DNA of 63,998 nucleotides, counting the filler, from Piptocephalis cylindrospora (lineage: Eukaryota): NCBI GenBank assembly GCA_003614145.1. It is 6 parts of 6 records of this genome, joined end to end, with 100 filler letters (N's around TTAATTAATTAA, not from the genome) between each part and the next. Parts side by side here need not be neighbours in the genome. Positions count along the whole stretch, not along the records: positions 44,255 to 55,111 come from KZ988016.1; positions 55,212 to 63,998 come from KZ988126.1; 4 more parts are not named here. The stretch is one strand, 5' to 3'. Both the position numbers and the translations under genes were made by a program. The notes beneath the pieces were generated by a model. The model did not search any database. It was not told where the DNA came from and saw only the letters and a program-made list of their open reading frames with translations. Shown here piece by piece: positions 50,674 to 63,013 of this stretch (positions within the stretch are counted from its first letter, which is position 1; each line of letters opens with the position of its first letter).

Positions 50674-50752
50674 GGATGGATGGATGGATGGATGGATGGA
50701 TGAATGGATGAATGGATGGATGGATGAATGGATGAATGAATGGATGGATGGA
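50674..50752. repeat. (GGAT/GAAT)n microsatellite
   Basis: Direct tetranucleotide repeats. Confidence 0.9.
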
Positions 50753-51163
50753 TAAAGTGAAGAAGAGGAAGATAAAGGTGGGAGGGAGGAGCATCGGGAA
50801 ATCAGTAGTAATAAAGCTGGGGTCGCGTTTTGTGCCGAGAGTAAGAGCTCCGCTTGGTGTGTGTGTACTGATGTGTGGTCTGCTCTGCGCCTCTCATCAA
50901 GCCAAGTAGACTTTGCACCCTTCCCATCCATGCCACAAAGGGCTCATTTAGGGTGCGTTCAACGTGGAATTTCATCAAAATAAGCACGTTTTGATATATT
51001 TAAAGACAGATGAACTCCACATACATCACGGACTTTTCCTTCCTGGGTCACCACACTCACCCTGGTCGGGAGGGAGGTGCGGCGTGCACACTACCGAGCA
51101 GACTTTTCACCTCTCAAGCCCTTCATTCCGCTTCTTCATTCGAAACGGCCCTTACCTCTCCCT

Positions 51164-51273
51164 GTGTGTGTGTATGTGTGTATGTCTGTGTGTGTGTGTG
51201 TGTGTATGTGTGTGTGTGTGTGTGTGTATGTGTGTGTGTGTGTGTGTGTGTGGGTGGTGTGTGTTGTGTATGT
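51164..51273. repeat. (GT)n microsatellite
   Basis: About 100 bp interrupted dinucleotide repeat. Confidence 0.9.
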
Positions 51274-51787
51274 GAGCGTGCCCTTCCCGCCAGAATACCT
51301 ATCGGATCCAGCTTTACTCACCCCCTGGCCTTACCGAAAGCGTGACGTCAACCAACCACACACACTTTGCCTTCTGCTTCCAGTATCCCCGCCCCTTCCC
51401 AACATGGAGAGACTGGTTAGGGACAACAAAAAGCACACGGAAGAAGCCGTGCACTTGGAGAGAAGGGAATAAATGTCCTTCCCCCCTTAAACCTTCCATA
51501 CTCTTTCTTCCTCTCCTTCAGCATCTTCCTACTCAAATCCCCCTCCTTTTCCCACTTGTGTGAGCCATTGTGAAACGTTGTGTCCCCAATCCTTCCTCCA
51601 CTTGTCCAGCACGTCTGCTCCCTTTGTCCTTTCCCTTTTGGTCTCATCTGCATTTCCTGCCTTGTCTTCCTCTTTCATTTCCAAGTCTTGTATCCTTGGC
51701 CTTGGTCCCGAACACATCCTTTCCCTTCCCCCACTCATCCAAATTTCTCCCATCCCACTCCAGGTCTAATACTGCAATTCCACCGTC

Positions 51788-54700
51788 ATGCCTGACTCCA
51801 CTCCCAACTCCAACGAGGGCTACAAGGGCTACATTGTAGCCTCGCTCTTCCTCCCACATACCCTGTCAGAAAGGGCCCCTCAGGATAGTCCACCCTTCCA
51901 GGGCGTCCTGCCTCCTGCGGTTCATGATGCTAGGGCTGATATGGATCGACTGCCCTCTCCGGCCGTATCGAGTCCACTTCGACTGGCCAAACCTCTCTTG
52001 GACCGACAGACCTCCACATCCACTTCGTCCTTTGTCTCGTCCACCACCTCGTCTCCAACCATGTCTGTCCCTTCATCCCTGTCCCAATCTCAATCCATTT
52101 CAACTACCCCAGCCGCTCAGCTGACCCCACCCCCCCGACTTCCACGGGTCCCCAGTGCTCGCACAGTCGACCTCCTTGCTACTTTGCCGCCCGTGGCCGG
52201 GGAGGCCGAGAGTGATGGGAGTCCCAAGCCGCCCACCTCCACTTCCACCTCGGCCTCCCCCTCTCTAGGCCCTCATCGGCCGGCCCTTACCCCAAGGCAA
52301 TCCCAGGCCTTGGGTTTGATGGATCCCTCCGGATCCACGAGCTCCTCCGTTGCATCAAATTCTCCCTTGCTTCCTCCCACAAAGTCGCTCTTGTCCGTCC
52401 CGGATTTTCAACAGAGTACTTACCAAATCCTCGAAGATGGTCCAGGTCGGTCGAATACTCCCCTTCGACCCACCATGAGCCCTGAAATCCCCCCGCTCGC
52501 CTCGCCCTTGCTCGAGGAAGCGGAAACTCACTATGACCGTCGAGTCTCCCCGTATCGTAATGGTGGGCTACATAACGCCTTGGATGCCGCTGCCCTCCCC
52601 AATCTTCGTCGTGTTGGGGTCCTGGGCGCGCCCATTGATCATTTGAGTCAGGAGGAAAAAGACACCATTGATCAGGACTTTTCCACGGCTCATGGAGAAT
52701 ACATTGTTTGGGATGCCGATGATGCTATGATGTCCGAAGCTTACGATCGCTTCTGCAAGCAAGCTCTCTATCCTCTCATGCATTACTCCCTCCCCGAGTA
52801 CCCCACTTCCCTAGGATGGGAGAAGGCAGCGTGGAAGGCCTATGTCAATCTGAATCAATGCTTTGCCGATCGCATCCTTGATCTTCACCAAGAGGGGGAC
52901 ACAAGTAAGTCAAATAGCTATGCGGAGGGGAGGAGGCAAGGAGGGTGATACTTCAAGTTCATATCTCACGTATCCTCATCCTTTTCTCAATAGTTTGGGT
53001 CAATGACTATCACCTTATGCTCCTTCCACAGATGATTCGACGGAGGATCCCAGATGCAACCATTGCCTACTTCCTCCACGTTCCCTTCCCCTCCTCTGAG
53101 GTTTTTCGGTGCCTACACGTCCGGAAGCAGTTGCTGGATGGACTACTCGGCGCTGATCTCATCGGTCTGCAGACCTACTCATACGCTCGTCATTTTGTCC
53201 ATACATGCGGGAGACTCCTGCACGCCGAGACTACCCCCACGTCTGTCCGAGTAGGTGATACTGTGGTGGCCGTGGGCATTCATCCTATTGGAATTGATGT
53301 CCCCAGTCTGGAGGCCAAGCTGGCCCAGCCCACCGTCCAGGACACGGCCAAGAGCCTGCGGGAAAAATATGCTGGCTACCGAGTGGTCGTCGGTCGGGAT
53401 AAGCTGGATGCCTCCAAGGGTGTCAAGCAAAAATTTGAGGCTTTTGAAACCTTTCTCGAAATGTATCCCGAATGGGTTGGAAAGGTAAGGGATGTAGGGG
53501 CAGAGAAGTAAAGAGTATTGGTTTCCTCATTCCCGCACCCTCCTTAGGTGGTTCTTATCCAAATCGGCTTAATCAATGCAGCTGGGGCAGAACATTTGGT
53601 GGCTAGGCCCGTATCGGACATTGCCCAGAGGATTAATGCTCGGTTCGGGGACCTCACGTACAGGCCCGTAGTCTTTCTTCATCAAGATATTGCATTTGAG
53701 CAATACTTGGCCCTACTGACTGTGGCGGACGCTTTCATGGTCACCTCGGTACGGGATGGGATGAATCTGACATGTCATGAGTTTATTGTGGCCCAAAAGG
53801 ACACGGGTCACTCTCCTCTCCTGGTTAGTGAGTTTGTCGGGACGTACGGGAGTTTCGGGGCCTCTCTTCGCCTCAATCCCTGGGATCGACAGGAAACTGC
53901 ACGGGTCCTACATGGAGCGCTGACCATGACGGACCCGGTGGAACGTGAGAGGCACTGGGGACCCTGTTGGGAGTATGTGCGGAAGCACACAGCCAAGTAC
54001 TGGATTAAGTCACTGATGGAAGAAGTGAGAAGGGTACATGATGAGGTGAGCCGACGGTGGAGTGTCTCCCTTCCCCTCCTTCACTTGGATCAGGCTGAAT
54101 GGGATAGAGCGGAACGGCGGGTCATCTTCCTTCGATACGATGGGTCCCTGGCTGGATTCGGCAAGGAGCCCAGCTGGAGGGGGGACGAGAGCCGGATCCA
54201 TCGTGTTCTCACCCGTCTTACCTCGGATCCCCGAAACAAAGTTTGGGTGTCCAGTGGGAGGACGAGACGGGAATTAGAGGAAAGACTGAATCACATTCCC
54301 AACCTGGGATTATGTGCGGAAAATGGGTGTTTCATGCGATCGCCCAGGCCCGAGGGAGAGGAGAGGCCATCCTCCACTGCTGCCCCCTCCTCCTCCTCCC
54401 TCTCCTCCTCCTCCTCCTCCTCCCTACCCAATGGAACATTCCTAGGGATCGGGGAAGGGTCTATGGTGGATGGTGGATGGGTCTGTACGGTTGAGGGGGG
54501 AGGAGAATTGGTGGAGGAGTGGAGTAAACCTGTGCAGGAAATCCTGGATTACTACACGGTACGCACACCAGGCTCCTTCTACGAGACCAAGGAGTTGAGC
54601 ATGTCCTGGCATTGGCGGGGGGCGGATAACCCGGCTTTCGGCGCATGGCAGGCCGGAGAGCTGATGAATCACATTGAGGATGCGCTCTCGCCTAATTATC

Positions 54701-55047
54701 CGATCCACGCAGTGATGCAAAATTACGCGGTGGACATTGGACCAAAGTCGGTACGTCGGGGCAGAGCCCTGGAGAAGGACATGAGGCAGGCAGTACTCTC
54801 CATTGCAGCATCTTCCGACGAAGGCCCTGACCCCAAGGTATTAGCCCTCATTATTGGGGATGCGCGGTCGGATGATGGAATCTTCCGGAAGACCGAGGAG
54901 ATTACCACCAAGGCCAATGCCCATCGTTCCATTCTAGGGGCTTACACGTGCGGGGTGGGAGGGAGAAGTGCATCTGCCCGGTACTTTCTCCCCACAGTCA
55001 AGGATGTCCTCGAGCAGCTGGAGGCACTTCTTGATCTGAATGAATGA
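51788..55047 (+). CDS. Trehalose-6-phosphate synthase/phosphatase complex subunit (GT20 + HAD TPP domain; TPS2/TPS3-like), 3 exons
   Basis: FCKQALYPLMHY, WVNDYHLMLLP, FLHVPFPSSEVFRCL, GRDKLD, RDGMNL, SEF.G, NPWD; TPP region SGR, AENG, RTPGS..E.KE; introns about 52904-52992 and 53485-53547. Confidence 0.93.
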
Positions 55048-55111
55048 TGCTTTTAAGGGGGAGGAGAGAATGAGAGGGGAAGGAGGGGACATATCATCAT
55101 CAGAAATGCAA

Positions 55112-55211
55112 NNNNNNNNNNNNNNNNNNNNNNNNNNNNNNNNNNNNNNNNNNNNTTAATTAATTAANNNNNNNNNNNNNNNNNNNNNNNNNNNNNNNNN
55201 NNNNNNNNNNN
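55112..55211. other. Artificial contig linker
   Basis: N44-TTAATTAATTAA-N44. Confidence 0.99.
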
Positions 55212-55463
55212 CCCCCCCCCTCCTCTCAATCCTCCCAAGGCCACCGCCGGCCACGCCCAAACGTACACGAAGGCATTGGCCCTCCCACTATCCCCCAGGA
55301 ACGACCCATCATGGCCGGATAGGGCAATGATATTCCCAGTGGTGCAGGCAGGGGCGCCATCGCTCACTTGGCCATTCCCCATCCATTGTCCGCCGTATCC
55401 AGGTCCAGGAGACCAGGCGCTGGCAGTGCTGAAAATGAGGGAGAGTACGAGGGCTAGGTGCAT
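55212..55463 (-). CDS. Secreted protein, 5' part (truncated by contig end)
   Basis: Signal peptide MHLALVLSLIFSTASA followed by an open Gly-rich frame to the linker. Confidence 0.55.
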
Positions 55464-56020
55464 GCTGATCGATTGTATGGATGATGGTGTAAAATGGAGG
55501 AACGGTACTTGGGGGGCTATGCGCACGAACGGCTTGGGAGGGGGAGGAAGAAGAGGGACGGTATTAGAAGGTGAATAAGAAAGAGTAAGGAGGGATGAGG
55601 AAAAGGGTGGGTAGATGATCCAGAGCTCCATGAGGATGAGGGACATTGATACTATTTATTCTCTGTCGCCCACGATGCCAGTAAAGTTTTACTTTCTTCC
55701 ATTCAACGGCTATTTTCCTCACTAGATTGGGTGGGCCCAGACGGACAAGGGATCTCACAGTGTGAGCAAGGTCAACCTGGGGGGCAGGAGATCCCACATT
55801 GTAAGGTCGATCTGGGGCAGGAGTTCCGACACTGTGAGCAAGATCACACTTTGCCAAGCTTCCCTGTCGCCCTATAGTTATGTAGGGCCCCTCTGTCTTC
55901 GTCTGCTGGGAAAAGTCATCCTCTCCTGAGCACGTATGATAGCAAGGATGACTACTATAGCATCAGTGAGCATTATACGCATCTGAGCGACGGTTACACT
56001 CGGCCCCCCTCCCCACCACT

Positions 56021-56102
56021 TCCTCTCATTCCTCCCAAGGCTACCGCCGGCCACGCGCAAACGTACACGAAGACATTGTCCTTCCCACTATCACCCAGGA
56101 AC
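56021..56102 (-). repeat. 82-bp duplicate of 55221-55302
   Basis: Direct repeat offset by 800 bp with 7 mismatches. Confidence 0.85.
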
Positions 56103-57297
56103 CCTCACACACCCCGCCGAACCGATCCTCAGTCACATCAATGGTGCTGACGACGTTATCTCTACATTTTCTATTCCATCTCCCTGTTTCATCCTATGTC
56201 GATATCCCTCGAGTAGCACGATAATTATTCGGACGCCTTACGTGCTGCTGGGCACATCTGAAGCAGCCTGCCCGGAATTTCCCAAAAAGCAAAGGTCAGC
56301 ATGCCCGAGACGATTGCCCCCTTTACTATGCTATCCCTTGAAATCCTCCCGATCGAATCTTCCGAGCCTTCCCCGATCAACACTACTATATCTCCAGAGT
56401 TGGATTATACTAGCCCCGTGAATTATATAAAAACATTCCTTTCTCCGAGTTGACAAGATAGTGGGGCAGAAGCCCACATTGGCATTGGCTACTCAATGAC
56501 ACATCAAGTCTGATTTGCATACTTCTATAAAGTTCGAGACAAGCAAATCTCCATTCAAAAGCTCCCACATCCTAGGGGATTTCCCAGACCTGGATGTGCT
56601 TTTTGAAAACGTCTATAGTATCATCACCTCCGATCTTGCCGACCAACACACTGATTTTATCTTGATCGGCTTATCGTACAGCTTGCACCATTCCTCGTCG
56701 TCGATGATCAAGGCGAATTGAAGTGCCAGCCTACGCCAAATCTCCGACCCTCAGTTTCTTCCGCAGAAGGGTTTAAATTGTATGTAAAGATCTCTCTGAT
56801 CTTCTTCCTCCCAGCACCATCTTGCGTGAATCCCCGTATGGTCAGTCCCAAGAAAGCTGTCACCTTGGGCTGTTCTTAAAGTGTGTTTTCCCTCGGGGAC
56901 CATATATAGTATTCAACAAGGTTAGCCTGAGGCAGGGTGAGATGTGCGTCGGATCATGATATGGGCTCTTGGGAAAGGCGTTCGGATCACTTGGCCTTCA
57001 TGGTAAGTGCGCAAGGAGATCAGGGCAGGATCAAGGATGGTCCAGAGAGAGGTGGCCATTGTATCGCACAGGCATCTCCAAGAATATCGCTAGGACGGAA
57101 TCATGGATATTCTCTCGCTCATCGTGATGAGGTGGGATTCTACTCGAGCGGATGAAAAGTGGTTATATTACGACAAAATAGCGCTCTTCCAGCTTGTGAA
57201 TCAAGTTCATCAAAAGAAGGGAATGTGAAGATTATCCCGCTAATATAGAGGAAGAGGGAGAGAGAGAAAGAGAGAGGAAAAGGGAGAGAAAGAGAGA

Positions 57298-57785
57298 TCA
57301 TGTCAGAGTCTTTAAAGAGACTTGGGACACATTGGCCATTTGACCCGAGGCAATGAGATGACGCAAATGGGTATCCTTGGCCTTTCTCCTTCGTTTGAGG
57401 AAGCAGCAAAGCAAGAAGAAGAGAATGAGAAGTAGTATGACAACGGAGATGACGATGATGGAAATGAGGTAGGCCGGGATGGCGGGCTCCTCGGGGGACA
57501 AGGCGTTATCCGTGGAGGGTGCATGGGATGGGCTGGGGGTGGCATTTATCCCTGATTCAGTGGGAGAGGATGATGGTATGAAAGGCGTTGTTGAGGGAGG
57601 AGATGTAGGAGTGGTGGGGGCCCCAACGCCATCTCCATTAAGCAAATGGTCTTCTATCAGGGAGAAAAGGAAAGGACGCATCATGAGTAAGGGCAATCGT
57701 GGTAACTATCTACTGGGGATTTACTTAGGTGATCAAGCCATCTAGAGTGCCCCTCAGATTCTGATGGAGGTGGTGGAATAGACAT
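57298..57785 (-). CDS. Small single-pass membrane protein
   Basis: P/S/T-rich segment, TM YLISIIVISVVILLLILFFLLCCFL, then KRRRK; intron about 57654-57724. Confidence 0.6.
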
Positions 57786-58690
57786 GGTACTGATGGTGTA
57801 GGGAAATGACGGAGTGTGTAAAGGGAGAGGGAGGAGATGGGATAAAGAGGGGGATGGGAAGGAGGATCTGGCCATCATGTTGATCCTCCTCAAACACCTC
57901 TTTATACCTCCTTGGTATAAGCGACCCATCCATCGGCTCTCCCATGAATGATGGATGCGCCTTTTAGCAAATAGAATACCGATCCAGCCATGCAAGGCAT
58001 CTGTAGGGTATAAAGGCTTACCCGGGGTTTGACCATGATGGGGTCGTATCTACTCTGAGGATAGTCTGTTTCCTTGCGGAGAGAGACGGTGGGACAAGCT
58101 GGGTCATTCCCACTCTGGATGCAGTCTTGTGCGCCAAGACAGCAATGAACCCTGAAGGGGTCTGAGCGCTGCCAAGACGATGAGGAAGAGACTAAGCGTG
58201 TACACTTTATGGATGGTTGAAAAAGAGGTAGGTTAAAGGACAGTAAAAGGGGAATGCCAACGAGTATGTCTATTGTACAGCAAAGAGGGGGTGGGGCAAG
58301 GAAGCGGGCGGGTTGGAACAGGATTGAGCCCATCTTCTTGTCAGGAATACCTGGACAAGGGTCTCTTATATCACGCACGGAATGCACATTCCCAAGCCCT
58401 TGCATGTGCACATCCTGAGGGGGTATATCGACGAAGAGATGGTCAAGTCATCCCCTGTTCATGTCCAGATCTTTGGGCCAAAAGATATAAATGGTGATCA
58501 GAGATCCAGCTAAAGTTGAAGAAATTAAGTAAGGTGCAGGGGGGAGGGTAAAGAGTCGCAAGAGGAGATGAGATACGACGTAAGTAGGTAGAGAAAGAAA
58601 TAGAGGGTGGGCTGGATAAGCGAGGGGCGTCCTCACGAGACCATCCGTGGGAATCAGAGATAGGAAGGAGGGAAAGGGATGGGATGACAA

Positions 58691-59107
58691 TCACTTTTTC
58701 AGCCAAGATCCCTCCTCCTCATCCACTCGAGGACCCATACGATCCCGTAAAGCCCAGTAGACTAAGGAGGCAATGATGATGATAACGAGACCAGCCCCAG
58801 CTATTGAGCACCCGACGATCAAGCCTGTGGTTCTATCCCGGGTAGGGGCCAAGGGCTCAGTGTGGCCTCCAATGGGACCCTGGGTCGAAGTCGGGCCGAA
58901 TGCTGTCGCGGTAATGGAAGCACTGGAGCTGACCGTCCGGGGAGAGGCCTGGGATGTAGTCAGGAGGGAGGAGGTGGCTGTGGCCGTGGTCGAGGCCGTA
59001 GTGGGGGTGGGGGCAGGGACAGGCGTAGCCTCCAGACCCGAGGCGACGCTGATGCAAAAGGGTTGGTTAGAAGGATCGCCGCAAATGGCTGACAATAAGG
59101 GATCCAT
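58691..59107 (-). CDS. Small single-pass membrane protein
   Basis: N-terminal C-x8-C, T/S-rich stalk, TM GLIVGCSIAGAGLVIIIIASLVYWAL, short tail. Confidence 0.65.
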   Translation of the reverse strand: MDPLLSAICGDPSNQPFCISVASGLEATPVPAPTPTTASTTATATSSLLTTSQASPRTVSSSASITATAFGPTSTQGPIGGHTEPLAPTRDRTTGLIVGCSIAGAGLVIIIIASLVYWALRDRMGPRVDEEEGSWLKK

Positions 59108-60205
59108 GTGGGGAGAGGGAGGGAGGAAGACGAGGGAGAAGTCGGGAGGTGGGATACAGATGGGGGAGATCGAGGCCCAGAGGGAGAGGGGGAGTCCCGT
59201 GGGATGGATATATCCGTGTAAAAAGAGGGGTATTACTAGGCGGAGGGAGGGAGGGGGAGAATGCAAAGGGGATGTTTGAGATGAGGGAGATGAGGAGGAA
59301 AGAGGAAGGCGAGTGGCCTTTCTAGTTCAGCAGGGTCAGCTTACATAAAGCCAATGGGCGGAGCTAAGAAGGGCTTGGCAAGGCCCTGAACCCTTCCATC
59401 TGGAATTGGGGAAAGACGGGGGACGTGAAAAATGCACCAAAAAAAGGGGAAGTAGGGTTCGGGATAGGGACGGACCGAGGCCTTTTTTGGGGGGGAAGGG
59501 GCGGTTGTGCACATCAGAATAAGAGCACAGTAAAAAATAGACCCAATGTGGGATAGGGGAAGCGAGTCAACGGATGACACAAGGAGGAAATCCCGTGAGG
59601 AAGTGTGGGATGCTAATCATCAAGAATAAGGCTAATGGGATGGGATAAATATAGCAGAGGGCAGGAGCTGGCCAGTATGAGCGATGCACTGTGAGAGGAG
59701 GGATACGAGGTACATCTATAGGTATGCAATCCTTTGTTTGGCATAGTCAGCTGACGCTGTTTGTATAGATGATAAAGGCGATAGTGGGGAGGAGGAGGAA
59801 GAGGAGGAGGAGGGTGATGCTGATGCTGAGGAGGCCCCTATGGCTCGCATCACCCGACATGAGTGTTGAGGACCTAGGCAAGACAGGGAGATTGCTTCGT
59901 AGTCGAAACACAATGATTCCATACTTCACGGTACCATTAGGATTATAAAAGCCCATCATGAATAAGTGCATCAACGCATCCATAAACTGGATTGTTAGGC
60001 CCATGATCCATCTCGTGTCTTTTTTTCTTCTCAGTATCGATCTATGAAAAATGATATCGCGTTACTCTGTAAGCACAAGACCCGTCCTATGTCACGACCA
60101 GTCCCACGCTACCTAATCCTCTAAAAATATCCCCGCTCGGCCATATCACATCAACTCAGCTCTCCGATCCAACATTTTTTGTCGTTGCCGCCGCCTCGGC
60201 TCTGT

Positions 60206-60236
<31 letters not shown>

Positions 60237-60279
60237 TTCTCTCCCTCTCTTCCTTTACCTTGACTATTTACATCATACC

Positions 60280-61413
60280 ATGACTGTCGACTCCATCCCC
60301 AACGAGCCAGATAACGCCTTTATCGAGTTCCTCAACCGGGCAATCATCGACGAAGGGGTGGAAAAGGCCAAGCCCCATCTCCAGGAAGAAATTGAAGAAG
60401 CCTTGACTCATATTAAGCGCGAACTCACCGATCTCTTGCCCCAGCGTGCCAGGGGAGTAGTTGCTGACATTATCGGCCTTGATGATGACGAGATGCAGAG
60501 TAGGGGTATGGGAGAGGAGGGATCCACGGATCGTGGAATATTTTCCGATTTCTCCAAAGAAAAGCTCATGGCCAAGATTGAGAAGAGAAAAGATGACGTC
60601 TTCCGGCCGATCCGGGAGAGGATCCAGGAAATTCTAGAAAGGGTGGCCGAGGCTGTCCAACACACCGTGCATTCGGCTACGCAATATACGGCCAATGAGG
60701 CATCCGATGTCATGGCTCGGTCGGTCAAGGAGGCCCTGCGTCAGTGGGACGAGGGCTTTCGGGATGATCCTCTGGAGGAAGGCCCCAGGGATCGGTCTAT
60801 CAATCCAGATCTCGCGAATGAAGGTAGCCACACCTTCATGGGCTATGCGCCAGGAGGGGGAGATGCCCCCATGCCACCCGCCGGCGTCTACCCGGGCATG
60901 GACCTCTCCCGGGGGGAGAGGCCCTCTGATGTCCCCGATAACATCTTCGAGGCCCTTTCCACCCGACTTCTCGGGAGTCGGACAGTCCAAAAGATCCAGG
61001 ACTTGGCCGAGCGGACTGACGCAATCCGGTGGATCTCCCTGCATGTTGAGCGTATCATCCAACGGACACTTCAGTTAGTCCATCCTCTCATGTCCAAGTA
61101 CATTGCCCAGGAAACCTCGGGAGTCTCCACAGCTATTGTTGGTTCCTTTCGTGGCCATATCGAACGGGTCATGGAAGAAGGATCTACCTCATCCAAGAAA
61201 CACTGGTGGGATGGGATCATTGACAAGATCCAGGAGATGGATGCCAAGGGCAAGTTTGAGGAGCTGGAAGCCCGCTTTGCCCGTCATGTCCAGGATATTG
61301 TCGGCTGGGTCCTGCGCAAACTGCAGGATGTAGTTATGTGGTTGACTGAGCGCAAGTTGCGCATTGAACTTGACAAGCTCCCGGGTGTCCGGGTCATTGA
61401 ACCCGTGGTTTAA
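60280..61413 (+). CDS. Hypothetical all-alpha-helical protein (377 aa)
   Basis: Long intronless ORF, ATG after a CT-rich leader, coding-like composition; no recognised family. Confidence 0.8.
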   Translation: MTVDSIPNEPDNAFIEFLNRAIIDEGVEKAKPHLQEEIEEALTHIKRELTDLLPQRARGVVADIIGLDDDEMQSRGMGEEGSTDRGIFSDFSKEKLMAKIEKRKDDVFRPIRERIQEILERVAEAVQHTVHSATQYTANEASDVMARSVKEALRQWDEGFRDDPLEEGPRDRSINPDLANEGSHTFMGYAPGGGDAPMPPAGVYPGMDLSRGERPSDVPDNIFEALSTRLLGSRTVQKIQDLAERTDAIRWISLHVERIIQRTLQLVHPLMSKYIAQETSGVSTAIVGSFRGHIERVMEEGSTSSKKHWWDGIIDKIQEMDAKGKFEELEARFARHVQDIVGWVLRKLQDVVMWLTERKLRIELDKLPGVRVIEPVV

Positions 61414-61622
61414 TTCCAGGAGTGTTGCTAGGTTGCAGAGAAGAGTGGCTTTTTTGGCACCTGGATGACCCTCCCATGAATATTTCTATCCTTGCTGATC
61501 CGCCAAAGAGAGAGAAAGTAATGGGAAAATGTAAATGTCAAGATATAAGATCATACATGCACATACTGGTCTCTCTCTCCCCTCCCCTCCCCCCTCTCCC
61601 CAAGCCTATCCATAAGCCCTGG

Positions 61623-63013
61623 CTATATGGATACATCCTGATTACCCATGTCAGGTAGACTGAGAAAGACATCACAGCCATGAGCCGGGAGGGATATGAG
61701 ATCGAGATGCCCCCCAAAGGACTGGGCATAGATCCGGGCCATAGGAAGGCCAAAGCCAAGCCCAGCCATCGGTCCCCCTACCCCCATCTGCATGGAGAGA
61801 CGGGTCTGGGAGGAAAACACGTTTTCTGAGCTCACAGATCCCTGATCCAGGGGAATGTCCACATCATCTAGTCTGCCTTCGCCAAATTCATCCTTGACCG
61901 TGGTAAAGGAGTAGGAGAATATCTCGTCTCGAACGATGGCGGGAATACCTCCACCCTGATCCCGGATGCGAATCCCTACTTCTCCATCGCCCTGGCTAAT
62001 GGTGATGGCAATGGGAGGCAGATCCTCCTCACTATCCGATTTCCCTTGGGTACGTGCGTGCTCCACTGTGGCTCGGTAGGCATTTTTGAGCAGCTCATGC
62101 AGGATATACTCCAGATGCACAGGCACATATTGAAAGCGGGCCGATGTGGCCCCGTCCACGATGAACCTGGGGGCCGTACCATAGTTGAGATCACACAACT
62201 CATGCACGGCCTTGGCGCACGACCGGATCAAGGAATCGGGTTTGAGTCGGGTGTGAACCACACCAATATAATCCTTTTTTGCCGCATGCAGGGCCAGATG
62301 GTGCTCGGCAATGAGACGGATTCCGATTCGGGCCTGTATAAGATCATTGAAGAATGTGGATACCTCTTGAGGGGTGATGTATTCTGCGCACTCTTTGAAG
62401 CCTATCGGGAGGGGCAAGTGAGTGAAAGAGCATGTGTCGATCGATGCATTGAATGAACGGGTATGTACCTCGAGCCAGTTTTGGGATGTTTGGGGTATGG
62501 CGCTCAACGAGGGCCATGAGGAGGTTAGAGCATTCCTCATCCTCCTTCACATCGCGAATGACCGGGAGGTCCCGTAGCTTGAGAAAGCTTTCATAGTAGG
62601 TGTCGTGGACATCCTTGATGTATGGATTGGTCCCGACGATAAAAGGGAGCTTCTGGAAGGCCTTGACCCGTCGAGCAAGACGGACAGGCAGTTCGGAAAA
62701 GGTCAAATTCGCCGAGGCAAGCAATTCTTTATCGGTCAATGGGGGCTTTCCACGCTCCATGAGGGAACGTAAGGTGATGGGGCGGGTCTCTCGATTAGCA
62801 AACTAAGATGAGAAAGAGGGTGAGTGGAGATGGCGATGGTGATGGAAGCATCGGAGAGACAGGGCCTACATGAGCGACGCTCTCATCGTAAAAGGTTGAC
62901 TTGGCAGCGGTTTGGACGGTGCGGACGGACGGACAAAAGATAGGGCGGAGACGCCACAGGGTATGAAAAGAGCTTTTCCTCCCTCGATGAAAGAGCACGG
63001 AGGAACGGAGCAT
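61623..63013 (-). CDS. Mitochondrial BCKDK/PDK-family protein kinase, 3 exons
   Basis: ELPVRLARRV..LPFIVGTNP; ARIGIRLIAEHHLAL; YILHELLKNAYRAT; IRDQGGGI; MAGLGFGLPMARIYAQSFGG; presequence-like N-terminus. Confidence 0.93.
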
